The notes below the pieces were generated by a model. It was not told the origin of the DNA and made no database searches. It saw nothing but the letters and a program-made list of their open reading frames with translations. Made by a program: the position numbers and the translations under genes. 55,986 nucleotides of DNA from a virus (Duplodnaviria > Caudoviricetes), in IMG/VR virus record IMGVR_UViG_3300043411_001213, positions 1-55,986 of that record. One strand, 5' to 3'. Positions 27,501-37,010 of this stretch are shown here, piece by piece; within the stretch, counting starts at the first letter, position 1, and every line of letters starts with the position of its first letter.

Positions 27501-29688
27501 ATGCCGGGTTGTTTCGGCGATCGGCAGCGCCAGGCGAGCGCCATTCGACACCGTCCCAAATCAACTGCTTCGACGAGACCGTGCCGGTCAGGCCTTCCAG
27601 CGTGCCGTTGAGCTGATCGGTCGCCCGGATTTTCAGGGCCGTCATCGCCATCGGTTTCGGCGGATTAACCGGGCGAACGTTGTCCGAATATTCCGTGATC
27701 GCCAGCAGCATGACCTTGTCGGCGGCGCCTTCGGTCGTCGTTTCGGCATTGGTCCGCTTCAGGCGCACTTCGTACTGGCCGGGCTCGGCATTGAGATTGA
27801 TGTCGATGATCTTGTCGAACGGGTCGCGGGTGGCGTCCCGGTAAATATTGAAATCCTCGACTTCGGCGCTGGTGATCGAGAACCAGCGCGAGACCAGCGT
27901 GCGGGTGTAGGGGCCGCCGAGCGGGGCGTCTTCGACGATGTTTTCGGTGACGGTCGTCACCGTGATGTCGAAGCCGGTATAGAGCGCCGTATTGTGCTGG
28001 CTGGACATGGCGCCGTTGGCAATGGTATAGACCAGCACTTCGTTGTCGGCCGGCGTGTTCGGCAGCGGAATGGTTGATGAGCCAATGGCTTGATACTGGG
28101 TTGGCTTGTACACGAGCTTGTTGCGATCGCGCAACACGACGATGCCGGCGCCGGCCGGGTAATAGCCTGTTTCCGGATCTCGGTAGCCGATCAGGGTCTC
28201 AGGCATGCCAGGCACGTTAGCGAAATTGTCTTTCCACGGCTCATCAACCGGCACCCAGATGCCGGACGAATTGAAGTAGCCGAGCCGGCGGTATTCGAAA
28301 ACGACCGTCACAGACTGAGGGCGCAGGTCGCCCATGTTGTCGTTGTAATGGTCGATGTTGGTCAGACCCTGCGGGAAGGTCAGCAGGAAACTGAGGCGGT
28401 TGAGGTTTGTTGAAGCGGTGGTGCGCGTCAGGAATGTCTCGGTGATCTCGGCTTCCGGGCGCTCCTGCGTGATGTCCGAGCCGTAAACGTTGAGCAGGTC
28501 GCGGACTTCCTGACGATCCCAGTCGAGATGGCCATCAACGAACTCGTTGGCATCCCCCTGGATGCTATAGACCGTCACGTCGGCATAGTCGGTCAGCGGC
28601 GTCTGGCCGATGCGCAGGTTGCTGATGTCGAGCGGGCCATAGCCCCAGACCAGCAGCATGTGCAGGAAACGGTCAGAACCGTCCGAAGACATGAACGTAT
28701 TGGCGCCGAGCGGCGGGGTAAAGTCGTGCGTGCCGAGCACGATGGGGATCGCGCCGTAAGGCGTCGCTGTATTGGCGCCGCCGGCAAGCATGTATTGCGG
28801 TTTCGGCGCGGGCGAACCGCTCGGGCTGTTGGCCGGTGCCAGCGCATTGACCAGTGCATTACCGAGCAGGGAGACGGCACCTTGAGCAACCGCCCCGGCG
28901 ACGCCGGACGAAATGCCGGTGCCAAGCCCCCAGCCGGTCGGCGCGGCGCCCGCTGCGGCGCCACCCTGCCAGGCGCCGGCAACGGCACCACCGGCCCACC
29001 AGGCGACGACCATGATCAGCGCGGAGGTGATCAGGCTCTCGTCCTGCGACTTGCCCGGGAACATGCGGAATTCGACGCGGTCGCCATCGTTCAGGCGGCA
29101 GGATGGCCAGTCGACTTGATCGACGCGAATGCCGTTGACGAAGGCAACGCCATGGCGCGAGAAGCCGTCCGGCACGCCGGCGCAGTGGGCGTCGATAGCT
29201 TCGGCCAGCGTCGAACCGGCGACGGCCGTGCCGTCAATGCGCTGCATTTTCAGCGGATGCGGACAGCCGGAGACGGTGACGCCGTCGGCCTTCGGCGTGT
29301 AGCGGTAAAAGCCTTCAATGCGATGCGACCAGCGGGTGGATGCGTATTTTTCGGCAACGACATCGGCGTCAGCACGGGCGTGGATGAAGTAGCCCGGCGC
29401 GATGACGACCCCGACGTGAATCGGCTCGCCGGCCAGGCGCATCAGGACAATGTCGCCGACTTCCGGCACGCGGACACGCTCCCAGTTTTCCCGGTGCGCG
29501 GCCATGTATTCGGCAAGCTCGGCATCCGCACGACTGCCGCGATCGATACCGTCATGACCTGGCAACTCGATGTCAAACTCGTTTTGATAGATCAGGCGCA
29601 CGAGCCCCCAGCAATCGGCGCCCGCTTCCGTGCGCCCGCCGTCGACGTAGGGGATGCTGATGTAGCGGTTGGAATCGAAGGCGCGCAT
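24577..29688 (-). CDS. Tail tip/host-specificity protein, NlpC/P60 (K)-I-J fusion
   Basis: N-terminal ADCWGLV...HVGV...FIHA; ubiquitin-like I segment; YGAIPIVLG, NPA and FnIII repeats of J. Confidence 0.85.
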   Translation of the reverse strand: MRAFDSNRYISIPYVDGGRTEAGADCWGLVRLIYQNEFDIELPGHDGIDRGSRADAELAEYMAAHRENWERVRVPEVGDIVLMRLAGEPIHVGVVIAPGYFIHARADADVVAEKYASTRWSHRIEGFYRYTPKADGVTVSGCPHPLKMQRIDGTAVAGSTLAEAIDAHCAGVPDGFSRHGVAFVNGIRVDQVDWPSCRLNDGDRVEFRMFPGKSQDESLITSALIMVVAWWAGGAVAGAWQGGAAAGAAPTGWGLGTGISSGVAGAVAQGAVSLLGNALVNALAPANSPSGSPAPKPQYMLAGGANTATPYGAIPIVLGTHDFTPPLGANTFMSSDGSDRFLHMLLVWGYGPLDISNLRIGQTPLTDYADVTVYSIQGDANEFVDGHLDWDRQEVRDLLNVYGSDITQERPEAEITETFLTRTTASTNLNRLSFLLTFPQGLTNIDHYNDNMGDLRPQSVTVVFEYRRLGYFNSSGIWVPVDEPWKDNFANVPGMPETLIGYRDPETGYYPAGAGIVVLRDRNKLVYKPTQYQAIGSSTIPLPNTPADNEVLVYTIANGAMSSQHNTALYTGFDITVTTVTENIVEDAPLGGPYTRTLVSRWFSITSAEVEDFNIYRDATRDPFDKIIDINLNAEPGQYEVRLKRTNAETTTEGAADKVMLLAITEYSDNVRPVNPPKPMAMTALKIRATDQLNGTLEGLTGTVSSKQLIWDGVEWRSPGAADRRNNPASLILYVLTHPANAKPVPYSQIDLPSLQHFSEFCDAHGFLYENVITGQRPVRDVINEIAAAGRASVSMPDGKWSIVIDEPKTQIAQHFTPSNSWGFKGVRLLPKLPHALRCRFINRRKDYQPDEMIIYADGYNESNATLFESIDLSGVTQPVEDDGSPGPVWKNGRHHMKQIILRPEEYELYSDIESVICTRGDRIKANNGIPMWGLGSGRIKSVVGDVTGVVVDEPMQMESGKDYTLRWRTAGNVTNTAIITGATGLFDTLSFTTAISTNKPAAGDQFMFGELNMESVDCLVKSVEPLPGLQARLLLCDYAPAVFDAETLPFGGWESQITLPPPLVRLAINQVPIITSLIADEGALTVVGSGFQANILVKWNTSSGLNASTVEPLAQTISRVEAQYRLTDSINAVWKTVPLVEAKAGSVSIGPLVERQTFDIRIRFIGEDGRTGDWLTQTAIYVTGKTNPPPNVSGLTYALETGALILKWGAVSAVDLANYVVKRGATWATATEIATPAANELRMAVTSAGGAPYWVVARDTSGNLSMTPTSLTVPIAAPGSVSPTVAISGADCVLRWSAPTAMFLIDYYEIRYGDSWAAGTVVGRPYSTVYQAPVAWAGERKFWVAAVDIAGNVGVASMTSLTITAPVQPVLTAEVVDNNVLLYWTDAKASLPISEYEIKRGAEVVGTKQGLFTSLFETVAGTYTYSVTGIDSAGNYGTPKTLAVTVSQPPDYVLRGDYDSTFAVAGNVTAVSFSNAKLDTGVGGVVMPINTTETVAQHFTNHSWSTPQDQITAGYPIFIQPANSPGYYEETIDVGTTLGACKVTVSPNYTVIAGTPTVSVTISLSEFGSSWVDHPDTTQVFSTNYRYVKVRIAVSGDDHALINLTGINTRLDAKLKTISGSKACLSSDSGGTTIYITDTRDVGGTPEFIDVEAIQVTAAGTSPITAIYDFTDSPNPTSFKILLFNSAGTRVSGTASWTVRGY

Positions 29689-30257
29689 CAGAAGAGCCCC
29701 GGGAAGGTGCTGGGCGTCATCGTGTGACAGGGGAACGGCTCAGAGGCGTAGGACTCGACAGAGAGAATGCCGGTGACCGAATCGGCGTCATAGCCGATGC
29801 CGTTGAGTTCGAGGCCATCGATGCTCAATTCCGGTGCGCTGACGTCTTCGCCATTCGAAGCCGACGAGGCACCCTGCAACACGAGCTGGATGCGGATGGT
29901 CGGTGGGCCGTTCAGACTGCGGACCAGCGGCGTGATGAAGCGCGTCGCGTTGTAAATCGTCAGTTGGCAGCGCAGGCCACCGCTGGTTTCATCAGTGGGC
30001 AGCGTGACGGCGAACGGCACGAAGAGATGGTCAATGCCTTCCGAGGTGACACCATGGGCGACATCGTCATCGGTGCTCAACGAGGTCAGTTGCTTGGTGT
30101 AGCCATCGGCCAGATAAATCGGGGTATCGATATTGGCACCGTAGAGTTTAAGCAGCGTGATAACGTTCTCGTTGCAATCCCGCGATAAGAAGGCCTCAAG
30201 CGCTCGAGCCGAAATATTTCTCACGGCAGAATCTCCATGGCCAGCGAGACGTGCCAC
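29688..30257 (-). CDS. Minor tail protein (gpL/DUF1833-like)
   Basis: Position; FVPFAVTLP and C-terminal EPFP..TMTPSTFPGLF. Confidence 0.75.
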   Translation of the reverse strand: MARLAGHGDSAVRNISARALEAFLSRDCNENVITLLKLYGANIDTPIYLADGYTKQLTSLSTDDDVAHGVTSEGIDHLFVPFAVTLPTDETSGGLRCQLTIYNATRFITPLVRSLNGPPTIRIQLVLQGASSASNGEDVSAPELSIDGLELNGIGYDADSVTGILSVESYASEPFPCHTMTPSTFPGLF

Positions 30258-30586
30258 ATGTCGCCGCCCAGCGGTGTCAGGTCGTAATACTTACCATCGC
30301 TGCCCGGCACGATCCGCGCTTCGACAGAGGTGTTTAGGCGCGGGTGCGTGAAGTTGAAGCGGCGCACTCCGAACAGCGTGTTTTTGACAAAGTCTTCCAA
30401 AGTCACCACCTGGGCAGAGGTCATAGCGAATGAGCATTGGATCGGCGTCGGTAGCGCGCTGCGCCGGCGCGTCTTGGCCGGGCCGTTATCCATCGGCGTA
30501 CGAAGGGTGCTGATGTTCAGCGATTCGGCAAAGCCGCCGAGCAATGGCGTTTGGGGCAGGCTGGTCGGCCAGGTGTAGGCGGCCAT
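30221..30586 (-). CDS. Distal tail protein (gpM-like)
   Basis: WPTSLP, RTPMDNGPAKTRRR and FNFTHP; follows the tape measure gene. Confidence 0.75.
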   Translation of the reverse strand: MAAYTWPTSLPQTPLLGGFAESLNISTLRTPMDNGPAKTRRRSALPTPIQCSFAMTSAQVVTLEDFVKNTLFGVRRFNFTHPRLNTSVEARIVPGSDGKYYDLTPLGGDMWHVSLAMEILP

Positions 30587-30590
30587 GGCG

Positions 30591-33500
30591 TTACCTCGAG
30601 ATCATGCGCGGGGCGCTCAGGGAGCGGTTGAATCGGCTGCCGGAACGCTGTGCCTCACCGCCCATCGCGTCAGCCAAGTCAAGGATCATCGAGCGACGAC
30701 CACGGCTGTCGATTTCCTCACGCTGTCCGGTGACGGTGTGCGGGGTCCCGTTGTTGTTGATGACCAACGAGAAGCCGCTGGAAGAGGCTGCCTGAACGCC
30801 CAACTTGCCGTCTGGTCCGCGCTTCAGCGGCATGATCGCTTCGGGACCCGCTTCGCCGAATACGCCAGCACCGTGTGCAAACGCGAAGAACTTCGGCGTG
30901 TCGTGGATCTGGTTGGCGTAAGCGTGCAGGCCTGGAGACTGCATCACACCGCCCATGGCAAAAGTTTTGTTGACGGACGGGCCGAGCGAGTCAGGACCTT
31001 TCGGGGACGACGATCCGAAGCCGAAGGCATTACCAAGAAGACCGAGCATGTTGGCGCTCAATGCCTTCATCTGCATCCTGACCATGTCCTTGATCATGCT
31101 GCTGACGAGATCGCCGAACGACATTTTGCCGGTCATCACGAACTCAGTCAGGGAGTCGGCCATGCTGTCGGACATCTTGTTGAAGATGTCACCAGCAGCC
31201 TTGGACATGTCGGTGATGTTCTTCAGGTTCTCGTCGTACGCCTTCTGCCAGCCACCCACGAAGGAAAGTTGGCGGGCGGCTTCTGCGTCGTCGAGTTTGG
31301 CCTTTGCATTGGCCTCGTCTTTTTGAGCGTTTGCAACATCAGGTGAGATTGACCCACGATCGAGGTTTTGTTGAATATCCTGAACAGCGCGCAGGCGCTG
31401 CTTTTCGATCCGCAACTGCTGAACTTCAAGGGTGGTTTTCCCAAGATACTCAATCTCGTTTTGCAGATCTTCGCTATAGCGTGCACTGGAGCGGGAAATG
31501 TCTTCAATCGCATTCTTTTCCGCAACTCGCATTTTGGTCAATTCGAGTTTTGCAGCCGCAGCCTGCTTAGCGATCTCCGCTTCCTTCTCTTGCAAATCGT
31601 TCCACGTTTTCAGAACGAGAGTAGAGTCCTCTCTCTGCACGGCCTCGGCAAGCGCAGCTTCGAGAACTTCTTTTTGAGTTTGAAGCAGGTTGCGGTTGGC
31701 TTCCTGCTTCGCATGGGCTGCTTCTACAGAAGAGATCGATTGTTCCGCAAGCTTTTGTTCAATCTCAAGAAGAGCGGCGTCTGTGCGCAACTTTTCGCGA
31801 TTCAGGTTCGACGACAGATTGTCATTGAACTTCGCACGCTCATCTTTTTGCGTGGAACGATCACCCCTCCCCTGCGGCTCCCACTTGCCGTCACCGGACC
31901 CGAGCAGGCTCTGGCCTGTTGCGTTCAACCGGCGATCGAGCTCCTTCTGGACAGCGCGAATGTCAGAACCACTCAGCTTTTTACCTTCGTAAGCATTGAG
32001 AAGCGTTTCGACAGCGGACGTGTCGACCTTTTTCTTGGCCGCATCGGCGTCGGCCTGGATATCCTTGAGGCGCTCGCGCCCTGTCTGAATAACAGAAGTC
32101 AGGTTGGCTGCGTCGTAGCGAATCTGATTGTTTTCAAGGTCTCGCAGTTTTCCGCGAGCCTTTGCTTCAGCCTCAACAAAGGCTGAATACTCACGCTCAG
32201 CCATGAAACGTTCGCGATAGCTGAGCGTTTCATCGTTCTTGCGGTCGATCGCGTTGTCGCGATTCTTGACGATGTCCGTGAGTTCCCTCTCGGCAGCGCT
32301 GGTATCCACTGCCTTACCGGACAATTGCAAGCGGTTTTTCTTCTCGAGAAGTTCGATTTCTTCGCGAAGCTTCCTGCTTTCACGATCCAGAGAATCGACA
32401 AACGTGTTGGCAGCATCAACAGCTGCCGGCATTTTCAGGACGTATTCGTTGATGGCGTATGCGAGACCGCCAAGGCCAACAACAACGGCGGTGATCGGGC
32501 TGGTCATCACGCTCAGCACTCGGCTGAGCATTCCGACACCGGTGGCCCCAGCCGCCACGCCAGCAGCGCTACCAGCCGCAAGCAGGCCGGCTCTCAGGCC
32601 TGCGAGTCCGCCTCCGGCAAGTGCTGCTTCGGCAGAGACAATAGCCATCGTTACGCCGAGGCCGCGGATCGCACCCGTAGCCATGTTTATGCCGCCAACA
32701 AGCAATCCGATACCTTTCCAGACCAGCCAAGCTTCGCCAAAACGAATGAGGGTCGGTGTAGCTTCAACGAGCACGGTAGCCAACTTGGACACGCTCTCAA
32801 CGATGCCGTTGATGGCCTCCTTGAACTGCGCCGAATCGGCGAGATTGCGCAGGGCCACCGCCAGATCCTTGGCCGCACCCTCGGATTTCTCGAAAGCCCC
32901 GATAAGGTTTGCCTGCATGGTGTTGAACGCCTGCTTGAACATTGCCGAAGCAGTCGATTCGAGTTGGGCACCAACTCGACGCATGAACCCGTCAGATTCG
33001 CTGATGGATTGATTGAGTTTGTCCCACTCTTCGCGGGTTTTACCCAACATCGCGATTGCTTCTTTGGCCCCGCGTTCACCGAACAAGGCCTGCAGGATAT
33101 TGACCTGCGACGCCTTGTCATACCCGGCAAGGATGCCCTTCAACTGATAGATGATTTCAGGGAAAGACTTCATGTTCCCCTGCGCATCCTTAGTCTCAAT
33201 GCCAAGTTGCTTGATCACCTTCGCCGCACCAGCGGTCGGTGCATACAACTCCTTCAACATGTTGCGCAACGCCGTGCCGGCAGCCGTGCCGCTGATGTTT
33301 ACCTTGGCCAGCAGCGTAAGTGCAGTCGCAGTGTCTTCCATGGACGCACCGTACTGCTCACCAACAACCGACGCCGTCTTCATGGCCTCGGTCATGCCCT
33401 GAACAGAAGTCTGCGAAAGTGCCGCAGCCTTGGCGAACACGTCGCCAATGTGAGCCATGTCACCAACGCCGAGATTGAAGGCGTTCATCACACCGGTGAG

Positions 33501-35018
33501 CGTGATGGCCGCTTGCTCCATGTTCATTTCGCCGACCGTCGCAAGGCTCATGGCCTGCGGAAGAGCGAGTAGCGAGTCAGTCGCACTCAGGCCAGCCTGA
33601 GACAGGATGCGCAGGCCGTTCGCCAATTCGACCGGGCCGTACATACTGGTCTTCGACAGAGACAACGCAGCCTTCCCAATGCCGGCGATAGACTCAGCGG
33701 TTTCACCACCGAGCGCCTTCACGAAGGTTAGTTGATAGGCGAATTCTGAACCGGCCTTGGCCGCCGCCACGAAGCCGCCAGATAGCGCGGCGCCGGCCAT
33801 CAACGGGACGGTGGCACCGTACGTCAGCCACAGGGCATTGAGGCCGCCAGCAAGACCACGGGCGGCGCTGTGCGCTTCCCACATGTGCTTGGGGAGGCCG
33901 CGGATCTTTTCTTCATGAGCCACAGCGGCACTAGCTGCCGTTTTATGAGAAGAAGCAACATTGGTGTTCGCCAACCTCAACTGTTCCAGTTGAGGGATGA
34001 GACCGACTATGCCTCGACCATAACGTGCGGTCGCGGTGTCGGCATCCAACAGGCTCGCTGCCGAAACCTTGTCGACGATGCTCTGCTGACCACTCGGCCC
34101 GGCATGTAGAAAATTACCGTAAATTTTTTGAGACGCATCGCCCTTACGACGGTTGCTTTCGGCCAGTTTCGCAGCGTCAGAATTGATGGCCGCGTAATGC
34201 GCCTCAAGCAGAAGCTTGGTCTCTGCCCGTTGCTTTGCAAGGTTCTTGGCAATGGAATCGGAGGCGAGCTCTTCAGGGGTCCAGGCTCTGGAATTGACTG
34301 CGCTCGCAGCCGAAGCCTTTCGAGATGCCGCGGCCACCGCAGCGATCGTGCTCGCGTCCTTTGAAACTCCAGCGTAATGCGCCTCAAGCAGAAGCTTGGT
34401 CTCTGCCCGTTGCTTAGCAAGGTTCTTAGCAATGGAATCGGAAGCGAGCTCTTCAGGGGTCCAGGCTCTGGAATTGACAGTCTGTCGAGCGACCTTGGCC
34501 GCTGCAGCATTCATCTCTGAAATCTTGGCAAGGTTCAACGCGTGAGCCTCAACCCACGCCTTGTCGTATTGAACAGACGCCTCGAACGCTTTCCGAGCTT
34601 CGGCAGTGACCTGCCCAGCAAAATTGCGATCAATCTTGAATGACCACGAAACTTGTTGATTTGCCAGACCGCGGGTTGCCGAGGCGATGCCCTCGAGCTG
34701 CTTCTTTACGCTTTCGGCCGCATCACCGAGACCCTGCTTTAGCTTGTAGCTGAATCCGGTGAAACTCTGGCCGTAAGAAGCCGACAGCGTGCTTGCACTG
34801 CCAGCCAATTTGGCGTTGAGCACTGCCACTTCAGTTTCAAGCGTCTTGATCTTGCCGATAGACGAATCGACATCGCGGCCGACGTTGCTCAGGCTGATCT
34901 TTACTTCGTGCGTACCATCGAGCTTGTTGAGGCGCTGCTCAAGTGCGTTCAGCTTCTCATCTGCTGAACCTGTGTTGACCTCAAGGGTCAGCGTGGCCGC
35001 TGCATTCACTCCACTCAT
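30591..35018 (-). CDS. Tape measure protein
   Basis: 1475 aa, Ala-rich helical, TP901-like core, C-terminal FAMGG...GEAGPEAIMPL. Confidence 0.92.
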   Translation of the reverse strand: MSGVNAAATLTLEVNTGSADEKLNALEQRLNKLDGTHEVKISLSNVGRDVDSSIGKIKTLETEVAVLNAKLAGSASTLSASYGQSFTGFSYKLKQGLGDAAESVKKQLEGIASATRGLANQQVSWSFKIDRNFAGQVTAEARKAFEASVQYDKAWVEAHALNLAKISEMNAAAAKVARQTVNSRAWTPEELASDSIAKNLAKQRAETKLLLEAHYAGVSKDASTIAAVAAASRKASAASAVNSRAWTPEELASDSIAKNLAKQRAETKLLLEAHYAAINSDAAKLAESNRRKGDASQKIYGNFLHAGPSGQQSIVDKVSAASLLDADTATARYGRGIVGLIPQLEQLRLANTNVASSHKTAASAAVAHEEKIRGLPKHMWEAHSAARGLAGGLNALWLTYGATVPLMAGAALSGGFVAAAKAGSEFAYQLTFVKALGGETAESIAGIGKAALSLSKTSMYGPVELANGLRILSQAGLSATDSLLALPQAMSLATVGEMNMEQAAITLTGVMNAFNLGVGDMAHIGDVFAKAAALSQTSVQGMTEAMKTASVVGEQYGASMEDTATALTLLAKVNISGTAAGTALRNMLKELYAPTAGAAKVIKQLGIETKDAQGNMKSFPEIIYQLKGILAGYDKASQVNILQALFGERGAKEAIAMLGKTREEWDKLNQSISESDGFMRRVGAQLESTASAMFKQAFNTMQANLIGAFEKSEGAAKDLAVALRNLADSAQFKEAINGIVESVSKLATVLVEATPTLIRFGEAWLVWKGIGLLVGGINMATGAIRGLGVTMAIVSAEAALAGGGLAGLRAGLLAAGSAAGVAAGATGVGMLSRVLSVMTSPITAVVVGLGGLAYAINEYVLKMPAAVDAANTFVDSLDRESRKLREEIELLEKKNRLQLSGKAVDTSAAERELTDIVKNRDNAIDRKNDETLSYRERFMAEREYSAFVEAEAKARGKLRDLENNQIRYDAANLTSVIQTGRERLKDIQADADAAKKKVDTSAVETLLNAYEGKKLSGSDIRAVQKELDRRLNATGQSLLGSGDGKWEPQGRGDRSTQKDERAKFNDNLSSNLNREKLRTDAALLEIEQKLAEQSISSVEAAHAKQEANRNLLQTQKEVLEAALAEAVQREDSTLVLKTWNDLQEKEAEIAKQAAAAKLELTKMRVAEKNAIEDISRSSARYSEDLQNEIEYLGKTTLEVQQLRIEKQRLRAVQDIQQNLDRGSISPDVANAQKDEANAKAKLDDAEAARQLSFVGGWQKAYDENLKNITDMSKAAGDIFNKMSDSMADSLTEFVMTGKMSFGDLVSSMIKDMVRMQMKALSANMLGLLGNAFGFGSSSPKGPDSLGPSVNKTFAMGGVMQSPGLHAYANQIHDTPKFFAFAHGAGVFGEAGPEAIMPLKRGPDGKLGVQAASSSGFSLVINNNGTPHTVTGQREEIDSRGRRSMILDLADAMGGEAQRSGSRFNRSLSAPRMISR
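34192..34478. repeat. 107-bp internal duplication in the tape measure gene
   Basis: 34192-34298 and 34372-34478 lie 180 bp apart with 3 mismatches and encode the same peptide. Confidence 0.9.
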
Positions 35019-35040
35019 TGGCCACGCTCCTTGTTGGTCA

Positions 35041-35358
35041 TTACGACGACTCTCGCATCTGTTTCAAGGCCTCTTGCTCCATCACCTGAATGCAGTTGAG
35101 AAGCTCTAGCCTGTCACGTTTTTTGATACCGTGAAGTTTACTAACATCGATCACTGAAGGGTAGGACAACCCTATCGCCCCTGCCGGCCCGCACACCCAT
35201 TGCGTGCTCAATTTCGAGAACAACATGAAGGCGTCGTAGTTTTCAGGCCAAATATCGGTGATCGACGTGTCCTCGACATCCTCACGGGTGATGCCGATTG
35301 CTGCCAGTTCAGCCTCGGAGGGCCCGGGTGCGTACATCCGGGCCGCGAGGTCGATCAG
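35041..35358 (-). CDS. Tail assembly chaperone, frameshifted C-terminal part (T of G-T)
   Basis: IWPEN...TQW...GLSY...IQVME; reached by a -1 shift at A AAA AAC. Confidence 0.8.
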   Translation of the reverse strand: MIDLAARMYAPGPSEAELAAIGITREDVEDTSITDIWPENYDAFMLFSKLSTQWVCGPAGAIGLSYPSVIDVSKLHGIKKRDRLELLNCIQVMEQEALKQMRESS

Positions 35359-35672
35359 TTTTTTGAGCGTCCTTCCAGGAGAGCCCGGTTGTACGCTTCA
35401 AAAATAGCGCGGGATGCGCCAGGGTAGGCGTCGAGCAGGGTGGCGAGTGCTTCGGGAGAGTATTTCTCATCGACACCAGACCAGCCAGCAATCAACTCAC
35501 CAAGTGCGTCCGCGTCCTCGCGTGCGTTCTCGCCCTCGCCCAAGGAGTCGATGTACGACTTCAGTGCCTTACGGCCCTTGTGCTTGAACTCGAACGTGAT
35601 TTTGCCTTCCCCATCAACAGTGGGGATGGCAACTTCAGCTTTGAACGTCGGATTGGGTTGCAGTTTGAACAT
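35355..35672 (-). CDS. Tail assembly chaperone G
   Basis: MFKLQPNPTF...GW..VDEKYS; lies between tail tube and tape measure genes. Confidence 0.85.
   Translation of the reverse strand: MFKLQPNPTFKAEVAIPTVDGEGKITFEFKHKGRKALKSYIDSLGEGENAREDADALGELIAGWSGVDEKYSPEALATLLDAYPGASRAIFEAYNRALLEGRSKN
35358..35364 (-). other. -1 programmed frameshift slippery site AAAAAAC
   Basis: TCA AAA AAC TGA; the -1 frame continues KLIDLAARMYAPGP into the T ORF. Confidence 0.8.
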
Positions 35673-35771
35673 TTGTTTTCGCCTTGATAAAGCGCCCTGA
35701 GTTGAAGTTCCACCGGCCTGACCTCAAGGCGCGAAAGTCCGGGTTGCAACCCGTGGCCGGTGGGAACACTG

Positions 35772-35803
35772 AAAACCGCGGACTAAACACAGCCCGCGGT
35801 TTT
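35772..35803 (-). terminator. Intrinsic terminator after the tail tube gene
   Basis: AAAACCGCGG...CCGCGGTTTT inverted repeat. Confidence 0.65.
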
Positions 35804-35811
35804 GTCAGCTA

Positions 35812-36465
35812 TCACGATGCGTAACGAACCGGTTCAGCCGCATAGGACAGGCTGATCTGGGAAGTCATTGCTTCGTTGATGGTGACGGACGGCACGCGCT
35901 GCAGCGACCAATAAGCGTTCGCGACCAGCTTGGAGCCATTCGGGAAGGCCATGAGCAGGCCGTACGGACTGCGAGCGTCAGAAGCAGCGGACACGTCGGC
36001 GTACCACGTCAGCGTCGGGTCATCGTAAACGTCGATGTTCATCGAAACGGCATTGCGAATGGTTGGAACCTGCTTGGCAACCACGTCGTCGATGGCAGTG
36101 ACGTTGGCGAATTGCATGTCACCACCGGAAGCGGACAGGCCCTTGACTTGAGACAGGGCGGTCCATGCGCCGATCTTGCGAATCGAACCAATGCCGGTGC
36201 CGGCCGGATACTTACTGGTGTCGGTAGTGTTGATGCCTTCAAGGTAAAGCGTGGAGCCAGTGGTGCCGGCACCAGCACGAACGACGCGCTTGTCGAGCAA
36301 ACCCCAACCGGAGGTGATTTCGAAAAACTCACCAACAGCAATGCTGTGGGCAGACGCGGTCGTGGCGACTGCGGTGGATGCGTTGGTCAGGGTGCTAACG
36401 GCGATCGAGGCGGCGTAGGTTTTCGCAACCTGCATCGACACACCAGTAGAAAGGGTAATAGCCAT
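35812..36465 (-). CDS. Major tail (tube) protein
   Basis: AAGGAG RBS; SGWGLLDKRVVR, GIGSIRKI, SGGDMQF segments; position. Confidence 0.85.
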   Translation of the reverse strand: MAITLSTGVSMQVAKTYAASIAVSTLTNASTAVATTASAHSIAVGEFFEITSGWGLLDKRVVRAGAGTTGSTLYLEGINTTDTSKYPAGTGIGSIRKIGAWTALSQVKGLSASGGDMQFANVTAIDDVVAKQVPTIRNAVSMNIDVYDDPTLTWYADVSAASDARSPYGLLMAFPNGSKLVANAYWSLQRVPSVTINEAMTSQISLSYAAEPVRYAS

Positions 36466-36555
36466 GGTGAAACTCCTTACAGTGCACTGTGAATTTGTCT
36501 GCGCGAATGCGCAGAAGTCACTTAGCCTGGGGAGGCCTCCTGACTAAGTGCTTGG

Positions 36556-36585
36556 ATGGTACGAAATAAAATGTACTTATGGAAG
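36556..36585 (-). promoter_or_regulatory. Putative late promoter (tail tube)
   Basis: CTTCCAT-N17-TACCAT. Confidence 0.65.
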
Positions 36586-36596
36586 TATCAGCGATA

Positions 36597-37010
36597 TCAA
36601 TAGGTGGAGTTGAAACTAAACTCGACCTTCAACTCTTCTGAGACCCATCCGTCTCGCGGAACCCGCTTGCCTGGCCGCGGCACAGCGCACTGCACACCGC
36701 TGACCTTTACGAGTTTGAACAGACTCGTCAGGTAATCGAACATTGACAGCTTCGTGCGCGTACCCGTGCCCTCTTTCGTGAACAAGGTCAACACCACTTC
36801 CCCAGTCACCTCATGACTCGGCGACGCATCGATGTCGTACTGGAAGGCGTCCATGAAATCGATCTCAACACGCAGGAAACAGTCTCCGACACTGTTCATA
36901 TCTATCTTCAGAGTGTTGTCATAGAAGATACGGTTGGACGGGTAGGTGGTCGTCCAGCCGGTGTTGATATGGGCGACGAGCGCGTCACGGGCAGAAACGT
37001 AGGTGCTCAT
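36597..37010 (-). CDS. Tail terminator-like protein
   Basis: Position upstream of the tube gene; 137 aa. Confidence 0.6.
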   Translation of the reverse strand: MSTYVSARDALVAHINTGWTTTYPSNRIFYDNTLKIDMNSVGDCFLRVEIDFMDAFQYDIDASPSHEVTGEVVLTLFTKEGTGTRTKLSMFDYLTSLFKLVKVSGVQCAVPRPGKRVPRDGWVSEELKVEFSFNSTY

